From assembly GCA_038087875.1 (NCBI GenBank), contig CM075997.1, forward strand, positions 4,342,001 to 4,406,000: 64,000 nt of DNA. Direction: 5' to 3'. A program made the translations under genes and the position numbers. The notes under the pieces were generated by a model, which saw nothing but the letters and a program-made list of their open reading frames with translations, made no database searches and was not told the DNA's origin. This stretch comes from Malacoraja senta (lineage: Eukaryota). Below are positions 24,288 to 37,108 of this stretch, in pieces (position 1 is the first letter of the stretch; each line of letters begins with the position of its first letter).

Positions 24288-25639
24288 TCCTTCTAAACTC
24301 CAGCGAGTACAGGCCCAGTGCCAACAAACGCTGGTTTGAAAGGAGAGCTTGCGAACACAATCTTGTCCAAGTCCCTCAGTAAAGGTGGCAATAATAAACC
24401 TAGATTATTAATAGAGATTTGCAAAATTTTTAATTCAAACGCTCATCGTGGGGTAACCTACTAATTCCTGGAATGAATCAAATACTTTTCTTCCACTTTT
24501 AGTGGTGCCCGTTAAAAAAATCAATGCGTAGGGCAGAAGTGGCAGCTGCGTTGCTGAATCCCGCGGAAATAGACTCAGGGGAAAGCTCCTGTACAAGTTG
24601 TGCTTACGTTTTCATCATTAGGAACACACACTGCTCCTCCATCTGCCTTGCATCCTAATTTGAGGAAGGACATTCTTGCTATTGAGGGAGTGCAGCGTAG
24701 GTTTACAAGGTTAATTCCCGGGATGGCGGGACTGTCATACGCTGAGAGAATGGAGCGGCTGGGCTTGTACACTCTGGAGTTTAGAAGGATGAGAGGGTAT
24801 CTCATTGAAACATATAAGATTGTTAAGGTTTTGGACACGCTAGAGGCAGGAAACATGTTCCCGATGTTGGGGGAGTCCAGAACCTGTGGCCACACAGTTT
24901 AAGAATAAGGGGTAAGCCATTTAGAACGGAGACGATGAAACACTTTTTCTCACAGAGTTGTGAGTCTGTGGAATTCTCTGCCTCAGTGGAGGCCGGTTCT
25001 CTGGATACTTTCAAGAGAAAGCAAGATAGGGTTCTTAAAGATAGCGGAGTCAGGGGATATGGGGAGAAGGTAGGAACGGGATACTGATTGGGAATGATTA
25101 GCCATGATCACATTGAATGGCGGTGCTGGCTCGAAGGGCCAAATGGCCTACCCCTGCACCTATTGTCTATTGTCTATTGTCTATTGTCTATTCTGCAGCG
25201 CTGGGCAGTACCTGTCCATTCAGGAGGATCGGGGTAACCCAGGATTGCGATTACATCCCTGTCACAGCCCCTTCGGTTCGGCTCAGTTTAGATAGTGTCA
25301 CGTGGTGCGAGGTACAGTGAAAAGCTTTTTGTCGCATGGTATCCAGTCAGCGGAAAGACAATACATGATTACAGTCGAGCCATTTACAGTGTGTAGATAC
25401 ATGATAAGTAATGACTATTAGTGCAAGGTAAAGCCGGCAAAGTCCGTTCAAGGATAGTCCCATTGTTTAAGAAAGAACTGCAGATGCTGGAAAAATCGAA
25501 GGTAGACACAAATGCTGGAGAAACTCAGCGTGTGAGGCAGCATCTATGGAGCGAAGGAATAGGTGACGATTGGAGGAGAACTTCATCAAGGTAGGCATAC
25601 CTTGAGGAGATTTCGCAGTGGAGTAGACGAAATGTTCAA

Positions 25640-25837
25640 AGGGCCTGTCCCACGACCTAATTCACGACCATTTCTACTCGTGGACATTTTTCATCAGGCT
25701 AGAAAAAATGGCCGACCTACTTGATGCCACGAGTACCTACGACCTCCTACGACCTCGTGACGACCATGCTGCGAGTATGAGTCAAGGGCAAACTCGGCAG
25801 AGGTCGTGAATTAGGTCGTGGAAGTGAGACAGGCCCT
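25640..25837. mobile_element. PIF/Harbinger-type MITE, family B
   Basis: Homologous to 13195-13410 in the same orientation; flanks CAA/TAA. Confidence 0.8.
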
Positions 25838-28800
25838 TAAGAAAGAACTGTAGATGCTGGAAAAATCAAAGGTAGACAAAAATTCCACCTATTCCTTCGC
25901 ACCATAGATGCTGCCTCCCTCAAGGACGGTCCGAGGGTCATCAAAGAGGTACGTTCAGTAGTCGTTCAGCACTGGATAACGGATATCCACATACAGATGT
26001 ACGTACACACTGGCGCAGTGGGTAGAGCGCTACCTCATAGCGCCTGACACCCGGGCTCGACCCTGACCTCGGGTGTTGTCCCTACGGAGTTTGCACATGT
26101 ACCTTCTCCCCGTGACCACGTGGGTTTCCTCCTGGTGCTCCGGCTTCCTCCCACATCCCAAAGACGTGCTAGTCTGTAGGTTAATTGGCCTCACTGGTGT
26201 GTCGGGAATGGATGTGAGAGTGGGATATCGTGGGACTAATGTGAACGGGTGACAGATGGTCGGCGTGGACACGATGGGCCGAATGGCCTGTCTCCATTTA
26301 AAAAAATGACGCAAAGTGCTGGAGTAACTCAGCGGGTCAGGCAGCATCTCTGGAGAACATGGACAGACAATAGACAATAGACAATAGGTGCAGGAGTAGG
26401 CCATTCGGCCCTTCGAGCAGGTAATGTTTCAGGTCAGGTCTGAGGTCATGCTGACCCGAATCGTCACCTATTCACGTTCTCCAGAGATGCTGCCTGACCC
26501 GCTGAGTTACTCCAGCACGTTGTGTCCTTCTACTAGTATACAGTTGACGCATTGATATCCGTGGACAAGCTAGATGTAGGGAAAATATTCCCAATGTTGG
26601 GCGAGTCCAGAACCAGGGGCCACAGTCTTAGAATAAAGGGGAGGCCATTTCAGACTGAGGTGAGAAAAAACGTTTTCACCCAGAGGGCAGTGGAGGCCAA
26701 ATCACTGGATGGATTTAAGAGAGAGTTAGATAGAGCTCTAGGGGATAGTGGAGTCAAGGGATATGGGGAGAAGGCAGGCACGGGTTATTGATTGGGGACG
26801 ATCAGCCATGATCACACTGAATGGCGGTGCTGGCTCGAAGAGCAGAATGGCCTCCTCCTGCACCTGTTTTCTATGTTTTTATTTTTCTATGTTTCCACAA
26901 GCAACAAAACCATTCAGGACATTTAGTTCCTGCTGTTTTGAGAGAATCCCAAGAAACCTCTCAATGTGCTTGTAGTTTAAGATTGTTCTGATTTCCGCAG
27001 TGGGAAGCTTATTTTCAAATCCTTTCTGATTTAAGCACCTTCTGCTCTTTTGAAAGTGATTAGCATCTGTTTCTTGGCTCCTGCTGCCTGTTCTATGGAA
27101 TCGGAAAGATTTTTTAATCAGTGCCAAACTGGCTATAATTCAGAATGATCGCTTCTGCAGAATCTGTGTGAGGTGCTGCTTCATTCTTTAAGCTCTCGAC
27201 ATGTTTATGAACATAAAACAGATTTTACTTGAGTTTATGTGTTGGGAGGAACTGCTGGTTTACACCATAGATAGACACAAAAAACTGGCGTAACTCAGCG
27301 GGACTTGTACACTCTGGAGTTTAGAAGGATGAGAGGATATCTCATTGAAACATATAAGATTGTTAAGGGTTTGGACACGCTAGACGCAGGAAACATGTTC
27401 CCGATGTTGGGGGGAGTCCAGAACCAGGGGCCACAGTTTAAGAATAAGGAGTAAGCCATTTAGAACGGAGACGAGGAAACACTTTTTCTCACAGAGAGTG
27501 GTGAGTGTGTGGAATTCTCTGCCTCAGAGGGCGGTGGAGGCAGGCTCTCTGGATGCTTTCAAGCGAGAGCTAGATAGGGCTCTTAAAAATAGTGGAGTCA
27601 GGGGATATGGGGAGAAGGCAGGAACGGGGTACTGATTGGGGATGATCAGCCATGATCACATTGAATGGCGGTGCTGGCTCGAAGGGCCAAATGGCCTACT
27701 CCTGCACCTATTATCTATTGTCTATTGGGACAGGCTGCATCCCTGGAGAGAAGGAATGCTCTGCAGAGATGCTGCCTGTCCCGCTGAGTTAATCCAGCGT
27801 TTGTGTCTATTTGTAGCTGAGTTTAGAGATGCAGTGTGGAACCAGGCTCTTCGGCCCACACTGATCATTGATCACCTGTTCACACAGGGGTGGCAGAGTT
27901 ACTGCCTCCCAGCACCAGGGGCCCGGGTTCGATCCTGGCCACGGGTGCTGTCTGTACAGAGTTTGTCCGTTCTCCCCGTGACCGCGTGGGTTTTCTCCGA
28001 GATCTTCTGTGTCCTCCCACACCCCAAAGACGTACAGGTTTGTAGGATAATTGTCTGGTATAAGTTTAAATTTAAATTGTCCCAAGTGTGTGTGTAGAAT
28101 AGTGGGGGGATCGCTGGCCGGTGTGGACTTGGTGGGCCGAAGGGCCTGTTTCCGCCTGTATCTCGAAATGAAACATAAATAACACTGTGTTATCCCACTA
28201 TCCCACTCACTCTCTATACACTAAGGGTCATTTTTAGCAGAGGCCAATTTAGCTACCAACCCACATGTCTTTATGATGCGAGAGGAAACTGGAGGAGTAC
28301 GTGCAAACTCCACGCAGACAGCACCCGAGTTCAGGATCGAACACGGGTCTCTGGCGCTGCGCGGCCTCAGCTCCACCTGCTGCGTTACTGTGCCGCCTAA
28401 AGTTTTCCGCCAAAGTTTCTAACGCTCGCCTAATCTCTAGGTGGCCAGTAAGCTCTCAAGTAGCACATCTGTGGGAGGAAACCCATGCTGTCACGGGGAG
28501 AACGTGCAAACTCCGCACCAACAGCACCCGAGGTCAGGATCGAACCTGGGTCGCTCGAGCTCTGAGGCACCCATTCAAGCTGTGGTGCTGCTGCACCACC
28601 CAAGGACCAATTGACCTGATTTAAGACGATCCTTAACCTTATTTCTATCTTATTTAAGATGGCTCTTAAAAAACCCTCTTTTTATTGTCCAAGCCCTTCC
28701 AAGAGTTCCGACTTCGAAAGATATTATTCCAGACACTGGAAATTTGAATTTAAAGAAATCAGAAAATGTTCTTCAGGGCAGGCAGCATCTGTGAAGAGAG

Positions 28801-29323
28801 AAGGGACAGAAAAAACGAAAGTTGGAAGAGCACATTGGGTCAGGCAGCATCTGCAGAGTCAAAGGGTGAAAGCCGAGGTTTTGAGTTGAGGTTGAATCAG
28901 GACTTTTTAGTTTAGTTTAGAGATACAGCGTGGAAACAGGCCCTTCTGCCCACCGCGGCCATGCTGACCATCAATCACCCATACACTAGTTCTACACCAT
29001 CGCATTTTCACATCCTTCACACTAGGAATTTACAGAGGGCCAATTAACCTACAAACCTGCACCTTATTGGGATGTGGGAGGAAACCGGAGCACCTGGAGA
29101 AAACCCACGCAGCCACAGGGAGAACATGCAAACTCCACACAGACAGCACCCGAGGTCAGGATTAAACCCGAGTCTCTGGCGCTGTGAGACAGCAGCACTA
29201 CAGCTGCCCCACCGTGCCATCTTGTTTAGGAAAAACGAAGTGTAGATAATGTTACATGAATTGGTCACATCTCCCGATGTGGTTCAGATCAGATTGATTT
29301 TTTTTTGGGTTATGTGCCTGTAA

Positions 29324-29906
29324 AGGCTCTGTCTTACCTGTTTGCGGTCATCGGCGATGAAGCGCGGCGTCGCCGGTAGCGGGGACCGCACGGCAACGGC
29401 GAGAGCGCCGAGCCTATCCACTGGAGCGCCGCACGGATGCTGCGCGGGGGCCGAGTAATTCAAATACGGCTGGTCCCACGTGCTTGCGGTAAGTAAAAAA
29501 AAGGGCGGGCCGACTGCGATGACGTCGGCCCGCCGCACGTGACTCACGAGCGGCGGCTGTGGCGGCGGCCGTCCTGATCGCAGCGCTGTAGTGGTGGCTG
29601 TGCCTGCGGCCGTGCCGTACACGTGCCTCACTGGCGGAGGCTGTGGCAGTGGAACTTTGACGCACGGCGCTCGAGCCACACTGGCGGCGGCCCGTGCGGG
29701 CGGCCGTGCCGCACTCGTGCATCACTGGTGGAGGCTGTGCGGTAAGAATATAGTTTTAAACAGTGTAGGTTTTATTTTAGCACCGTGCGGTGTTGGGAAC
29801 ACCGCCGCACGGCCCCGGAATTGTGCGTTCTCACGAGTGCGCGGTCTATGGCGGCAGATTCTTCCCGTTTCGCTGCCAATGACCGCAGACTCGTGAGACA
29901 GGCCTT
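29324..29906. mobile_element. PIF/Harbinger-type MITE, GC-rich family
   Basis: Imperfect TIRs (aggctctgtcttac...tttgcggtcatcggc / gccaatgaccgcaga...gtgagacaggcctt); TSD TAA/TAA; CpG-rich interior. Confidence 0.7.
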
Positions 29907-30084
29907 TAAGAGTCCTGTTAAATTTTACGATGTTGGTGGTGCCATGTTAATGCTTGCTGTTATAGTTGCAACATCAGAAAGCAGCTTTTCATCAATCTGG
30001 AACACTGGCTCCTTATACCAGTTTTCAATAAGCCAGGCCTGTTTATATGGGTGGTAAAGTGGGCACTGATCATTGGGAATGGTT

Positions 30085-31262
30085 ATAGAAACATAGACAA
30101 TAGGTGCAGGAGTAGGCCATTCGGCCCTTCGAGCCATTCAATATGATCATGGCTGATCATCCAAAATCAGTACCCCGGTCCGGCTTTTTCCCCCTATCCC
30201 TTGATTCCGTTGGCCCTAAGAGCTAAATCTAACTCTCTCGTGAAAACATCCAGTGAATTGGCCTCCACTGCCTTCTGTGGCAGAGAATTCCACAGATTCA
30301 CTACTCTCTGGGTGAAAAAGTTTTTCCTCATCTCAGTCCTAAATGGCCTACCCCTTATTCTTAAACTGTGACCCCTGGCTCTGGACTCCCCCAACATGGG
30401 GAACATTTCTCCTGCATCGTGCCTGTCCAATCCTCTAAGAATTTTATGTTTCTATAAGATACCCTCTCATCCTTCTAAATTCCAGCGAATACAAGCTCAG
30501 TTGACCCATTCTTTCATCATACGTCAGTCCCGCCATCCCGGGAATTAACCTGGTGAACCTACGCTGCACTCCCTCAATAGCAAGGATGTCCTTCCTCAAA
30601 TTAGGAGACCAAAATTGCACACAATACTCCAGGTGCGGTCTCACCAGGGCCAGCTTTTCACTGTACCTTGGTACATGTGGCAATAAAGTAAACTGAACCA
30701 CAACTCTCTGGGTGAAAAAGTTTCTCCTCATCTCAATCCTAAATGGCCCACCCCTTATTCTTAAACTGTAACCCCTGGTTCTGCACTCCCTCAATAGCAA
30801 GAATGTCCTTCCTCAAATTAGGAGACTAAAACTGCACACAATACTCCAGATGTGGTCTCACCAGGGTCCTGTACAACTGCAGAAGGACCTCTTTACTCCT
30901 ACACTCAAATCCTCTCGCAATGAAGGCCAACATGCCATTAGCTTTCTTCACTGCCTGCTGTACCTGCATGCTTACTTTCAGTGACTGATGTACAAGGACA
31001 CCCAGGTCTCGTTGCACCTCCCCTTCTCCGAATCTGATACCATTCGGATAATTGCCTTCCTGTTCTTGCTACCAAAGTGGATAACCTCACATTTATTCAC
31101 ATTATACTGCATCTGCCATGCTTCTGCCCGCTCACCCAACCTACCCAAGTCACCCTGCAACCTCATAGCATCCTCCTCGCAGCTCACACTGCCACCCAGC
31201 TTTGTGTCATCCGCAAACTCAGAGATGTTACATTTAATTCCCTGGTCTAAATCGTTAATATA
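30085..31262 (-). mobile_element. CR1-group LINE fragments (rearranged, include the RT FADD motif)
   Basis: YINDLDQGIKCNISEFADDTKLGG..WQMQYNVNKCEVIHFG; internal deletion and duplication around 30650-30830. Confidence 0.85.
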
Positions 31263-31659
31263 TATTGATATATATATATAATATATTGTAATATTGGGCA
31301 TTTACTGATTTATTGCCACATTTGGGATTGATACTTAAGATGGATTCAAGAAGCATGGTCATGGTACTGATGGTGATGTCTAAATAATATCTTGCATGGA
31401 TTAAAGTCTTTTGGGATGGCATGGTGGCGCAGCGGTAGAGTTGCTGCCTTTCAGCGCCCGAGACCCATGTTCGATGCTGACTATGGCCGCTGTCTGTACG
31501 GAGTTTGTACGTCCTCCCTGTGACCTCGTGGGTTTCCACCGGGTGCTCCAGTTTCCTCCCACACTCCAAAGACGTACAGGTTTACAGGCGAATTGGCTTC
31601 GGTAAAATTGTAAATTGTCCCTAGTGTGTGTAGGATAGTGTTAGTGTGTGGGGTGGGGT

Positions 31660-31713
31660 GAGGCGGGAGATTGCAACCTTCACGTTGTCCGCCCTGTTTC
31701 GACGAATGCAATC
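31660..31713 (+). ncRNA. Minimal HDV-like self-cleaving ribozyme (predicted), copy 2
   Basis: GAGGCGG-GA-GAUUGCA-ACC-UUCACGU-UGU-CCGCCCU-G-UUUCGA-CGAA-UGCAAUC, with one mismatch each in P1 and P3 at positions different from copy 1. Confidence 0.75.
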
Positions 31714-31800
31714 AACCCGGCGTGCACAATCAAATAAGATCAAATAGAGCAAGTTGTCCTATAACTTTAGGCTGTGCACGCCATACGCAAGAAGAAGAAG
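31660..31800 (+). mobile_element. Short non-autonomous retroposon with a 5' HDV-like ribozyme and (GAA)n tail, copy 2
   Basis: Same sequence family as 7276-7410 in the opposite orientation, inserted into a V-SINE (agtgtg duplicated on both sides). Ends CCATACGCAAGAAGAAGAAG. Confidence 0.85.
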
Positions 31801-32651
31801 TGTGCTGGGATTACTGGACGGTGCGGACTCGGTGGGCCGAAGGGCCTGTTTCTCTAAACTAAACTAAACTAAACCAGTGAATACATTGTGTTTCTGTGGC
31901 TGTTGATGGACGTCCAAGTGGCCAACGTTGGTGATTTATTCATGCCAATAAAAGGGAATTAAACTAAGCAGTCGCCGGATTGCCGCAAAGGCAGGCACGC
32001 TCCCCAGCCGTTCTGAAGGTCACACTCAGGGTGGGATCAGCGCAGGCTTCCTCTCTCTGCATCAGCACAGGCCGGGCGAGATGCAAGATGCCAAGTGACT
32101 GATGTCTTGTTCTGCTTGAGTTGCTAATCTCATCTCCTTCCACATGGAGCACACAGCAGCAGCATACAAGGGCCACAGCGTCACGGGTCTGAAGAAGGGA
32201 CTCGACCCGAAACGTCACCCATCCCTTCGCTCCAGAGATGCCGCCTGTCCCGCTGAGTTACTCCAGCATTTTGTGTCTATGGAAGGTATTGTGTTGGGGG
32301 TGGTGCCTAGAGTCTGCCCTGGCAGATTCAGCTTCCCCAACTGTTATCAGGCAACTGAACCATCCTCTCACCAACTAGAGAGCGGTCCTGTCCTCCCATC
32401 CACCTCATTGAAGACCCTCGGACTATCTTTAATTGGACTTTACTGGACTTTATCTTGCACTGAATGTTATTCCCTTTATCCTGTATCTGTACACCGTGGA
32501 CGGCCTGATTGTAATCATAGAGAGATACAATGTGGAAACAGGCCCTTCGGCCCAACTTGCCCACACCAGCCAACAATGTTCTACACTAGTCCCACCTGCC
32601 TGCGTTTGGTCCATATCCCTCCAAACCTGCCCTATTCATGTACCTGTCTAA

Positions 32652-32965
32652 AACCCCTGTCCCACGGTACGAGTTCATTCCAAGAGCTCTCCCGAGTTTA
32701 AAAAAAATCAAACTCGTGGTAAGCACGGAGAATGAACGTAGCGGGTACGTCGGAGCTCGGGGACGTCTCTTAGCGGCTCGTAACGCTAACGGCAGGTACT
32801 CGAGAAGACTCGTTAACGGCAGGTAAGCTCGGGAAGACTCGTGAAGATTTATCAACATGAGAGCCCCGAGTACCGACGAGCGGCCATTACTGTAAATCTC
32901 CGAGTTCGAATCAGGGCAAACTCAGGAGAGCTCTTGGAATGAACTCGTACCGTGGGACAGGGCTA
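32652..32965. mobile_element. PIF/Harbinger-type MITE, family C
   Basis: ~45-bp TIRs (CCCTGTCCCACGGTACGAGTTCATTCCAAGAGCTCTCC); flanks TAA/TTA; inserted in a CR1 3' end. Confidence 0.85.
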
Positions 32966-35073
32966 TTACTGTTTCTTAAATGTTAGGATATGTATAGTCT
33001 TTCCGCTGACTGACTGACACGCGACATAAAAGCTTTTCACTGTACCTCGCTACGCATGACTATAAACTGAATGAAAATAAACTAAACTAAATCTTTCTGC
33101 ATCTTTGATATTGGGCTCGATCCACATACAAATCAAATTAAGACTTTGTGTTTTTCCAGAATGCGATTTGTAACAGAGGGGTTGAGGTACAGGGAGAGGT
33201 TAGATAGACTTGGATTGTTTTTTCTGGACCGTTGGAGGTTGAGGGGAGACAAGATTGAAGCATATAAAATGATGAGAGACATAGATAAGGTAGACAGTCA
33301 GAACCGTTTTCCCAGGATGGAGATGTAGATATATACACACATATATATACATGTAAACACATATACTTACAGCGCGGCCGGGATTTTAAATCTTCGACCG
33401 CCAGCCTGCGGCCTACACCATCTTGAAGCCACGGTCCCCGGTGGGGAGGCACCGATTCAGGACTTACCTGGACTTACCTTGTCTGTACATCTGGATGCCC
33501 GCAGCGGCGACTGCTGAGGGTTGAGGTCCCGACCACGGGGGAAATGGAGGAGGAACGGCCAAATTTTGTGCCTTCCACCACAGTGATGAATGCTGTGGTA
33601 AAAATTTGTTATTGTGTGTTGTGTGTTCTTTTTTATTGTACCGCTGCTGGGAAATTCATTTCACTGCACTTATGTGCAAGTGACGAATAAAACTCGATTG
33701 GTTGATTAATTGATTGAGCCCTCTGTGGCAATGAGGTCCACAGATTATCTATCCGCTGAATAAAGAAGTTTCTCCTCACCTTTCTAAAAGAGCGCCCTTT
33801 AATTCTGGGGCTATGACCTCTGGTCCTAGACTCTCCCACCAGTGGAAACATCCTCCCCACATCCACTCTATCCAAGCCTTTCATTATTCACATTCCCCCC
33901 TCATCTTCAGATTATTATCTGAATGGTGTCAGATTAGAAAAGGGGAGGTGCAACGGGACCTGGGTGTCCTTGTACATCAGTCACTGAAAGTAAGCATGTA
34001 GGTACAGCAGGCAGTGCAGAAAGGGCTAATGGCATGTTGGCGTTCATTGTGAGAGGAGTTGAGTATAGGAGTAAAGAGGTCCTTCTGCAGTTGTACAGGG
34101 CCCTGGTGAGACCACATCTGGAGTATTGTGTGCAGTTTTGGTCTAATTTAAGGAAGGACATTCTTGCTATTGAGGGAGTGCAGAACCAGGGGTTACAGTT
34201 TAAGAATAAGGGGTAGGCCATTTAGCACTGAGATGAGGAGAAACCTTTTCACCCAGAGAGTTGTGGTTCAGTTTACTTTATTGTCACGTGTACCAAGGTA
34301 CAGTGAAAATCTTTTTGTTGCGTGCTATCCAGTCAGCGGAAAGACAATACAGGGTTGAGCATCTGTGGAATTCTCTGCCACATAAGGCAGTGGAGGCCAA
34401 TTCACTGGATGTATTCAGGAGAGAGTCGGAGATAGCTCTTAGAGCTAAAGGAACCAAAGGATATGAGAGAAAGCAGGAATGGGGTACTGATTGTAGATGA
34501 TCAGCCATGATCATATTGAATGGCGGTGCTGGCTCAAAGGGCCGAATGGCCTACTCCTGCACCTATTGTCTATGTTTCTATGTTTCTCCCCCCCCCACCC
34601 CACCTATCTCTTTTTTGCGATCTTTTACTGATACAATACATGTAAATCTGTCGAATTCTCTGCCACATGTAGTAGAGGCCAATTCAGTGGATGATTTCAA
34701 GAGGGAGAGCTCTTAGGGCTAAAGAAATGATGGGATATGGGGGAAAAGCAGGAACGGGGTATTGATTTTGTTTGATCAGCCATGATCATATTGAAAGGAC
34801 GTTCCCCCCACGCTGGGTCTTCGTTGTCTACCCCTCCCACCTCACGCTCATCGGCCGTTGATCGCGGCTCAGTCCTGTTTGGTTTTTTTCCGCATTGATA
34901 TCTTCCCTGGTCCTCCTGGCAGTTTGTGATGGGCCTGGATTTGCCTGACTATATTCTTATTGTTTTGATATGTCCTCTGTTACTTTGGGTTCTTTATTTT
35001 TACCTCCAGCGTGGCGATAAGCACGCCAATATCGCCGTGGTGATAAGCACATTTGCCAATGATCATGAACTAA

Positions 35074-35303
35074 AGGGCCTGTTCCACTTGGGCGTCATTT
35101 GCGCGTCATGCAGGTGGCGCGCGAAGATTTTGTGAATCCCGAAGTCCTGGGGCGCCACACGCGACCGGGCCTCACTGCCTACGTCACCACGCACCATGCG
35201 CTCATAATGCACACCATGCGTGCATCACGTGCGCGACACAGCGTGACGCGTAAATGATGTCGTGTAAATGACGCACAAATGACGCCCAAGTGGGACAGGT
35301 CCT
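35074..35303. mobile_element. PIF/Harbinger-type MITE, family A-related
   Basis: TIRs AGGGCCTGTTCCACTTGGGCGTCATTTG; flanks TAA/TTA. Confidence 0.8.
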
Positions 35304-36159
35304 TTAGTCACAAATCTGGAAGTACTCAGTCAGCCTATAAGCTCAGCCCGCCTGAACCAACCTGATCTCCCGGTTGCTAAACACTTTAATTCTCCTTCCC
35401 ATTCCCACACAGACCTTTCCGTCCTCAGTCTCCTCCATTGTCAGAGTGAGGCTAAACGCAAATTGGAGGAACAGCATCTCATATTTCGCTTGGGCAGCTT
35501 ACAGCCCAGTGGTATGAATATTGATGTCTCTCACTTCAGGTAGCCCCGGCATTCCCTCTCTCTCTATCCCTCCCCCACCCAAGTCACACCAGCATCTCGT
35601 TTTCACCCAACAAGCATCTAACATTGACCTGTTTCCTTTATCGTCGTCACGTTTTTGCATATCTTTCATTCATTGTTCTTTATCACTCCACATCACCGTC
35701 TATATCTCTTGTTTTCCTTATGCCTAACCAGTCTGAAGAAGGGACTTGACCCGAAACGTCACCTATTCCTTTCCCCCAGAGATGCTGCCTGACCCGCTGA
35801 GTTACTTTTGCATTTTGTGCCTAATTCATAGCAAACATGAGTGTTACAGGTAATACAAAATGAGAAAGGAAGCAAACAAAGAGAATAAGTGCAAAAGCCA
35901 CATCAAGGTAGACTGGAAGATCGGGAATACATTCTTCGCATGTATATTCCAGCATAGGAAAGTTACTTACCGAATAGTGAAAGGCCTGGAAAGAGTGGAT
36001 GTGGAGAGGATGTTTCCACCAGTGGGAGAGTCTTGGACTAGAGGGCATAGGTTCAGAATAAAAGGAGGTAGCTTTTAAAAGGAGATGAGGAGGAACTTCT
36101 TCAGTCAGAGGTTGGCTAATCCGTGAAATTCATTACCACAGACCAAGTCAATGAATATA

Positions 36160-36636
36160 TATATATATTTTTTTTAAAAATATTTTTATTTTATTAAAGT
36201 AAGTACAATTGTATACAATCATATTTTCATAATACATTTTATGTACAGCTTCATATTTTTTTTATTCTAGTAAAGAAGAAAAAGAAAAAGAAATTAGATA
36301 ATAAAGAATAGAAAAACGTGAGATATATAGTGTGTGGTGAAGAAAAATAGAGAGTGAAAGAGGAAAGTTAAAGAGTAGAAAATAAGAAAAAGAGAGTAAA
36401 AGAAAAAAGGAAGGAAAAGAAAAAAGGAGTAAGGAGATCGTTATTTATAATCTTGACCATCCCTCACCCAGTCACGAGACAGTTAGCTTTTACACTTGTG
36501 TTGCACCACACGTTTCCAAAAAGACGACAAATGGAGACCAACTCGTTGTGAATTGGTCAGATTTATCTATTAGGAGGAATCGCATTTCCTCAAGATGTGC
36601 GGTGTCCAACGTGTTTGAAATCCACATTTTGAGCAA
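36160..36636 (-). mobile_element. L1 LINE 3' end
   Basis: Minus-strand KMWISNTLDTAHLEEMRFLL..DQF..SWSPF (L1 ORF2 C-terminus-like), T-rich UTR and A tail; TSD tcaatgaatat (36148-36158 / 36637-36647) within a CR1. Confidence 0.6.
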
Positions 36637-37108
36637 TCAATGAATATTTTTAAGGCAGAGATTGAAAGATTCTTGATTATTGATTAGTCAGGGGTTACGG
36701 GGAGAAGGTAGGAGAATGGGTTTGAGACGGAAAGATGGACCAGCCATGACTGAATGGCGGAGTAGATTCGACGGGCCAAATGGCCTAATTCTGCAGCTAT
36801 GTCTTTTATAGTCAGTTCAGTTTATTGTCACGTGTACTGAGGTACAGTGAAAAGCTTTCGTTGACTGATTTAACTGAATTATGGAGCCGAAACGTCACCT
36901 GTCCCATGTTCTCCAGAGATGGGCCAAATTCTGCTCCTAGAGCTCATGAACTAAATGTGAGGTCCATTCAGGAGTGAGATCACAGCTGGGAAGAATCCTG
37001 CTCTTGAATCAATATATTTTGTAAACCAGGATCTGGGAAAAATGCAAAAATTACCAGTGGTGTGTGAGACATCCTTCTTTGAGATCAGTACCAGATTCAA
37101 GTTCCTTA

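Noticed and set aside
33461..33480. Tandem ACTTACCTG resembling the U1 snRNA 5' end (two donor-like sites on the minus strand)
   Set aside because: No further U1 similarity; it lies within a GC-rich repeat with a Rex-like tail.
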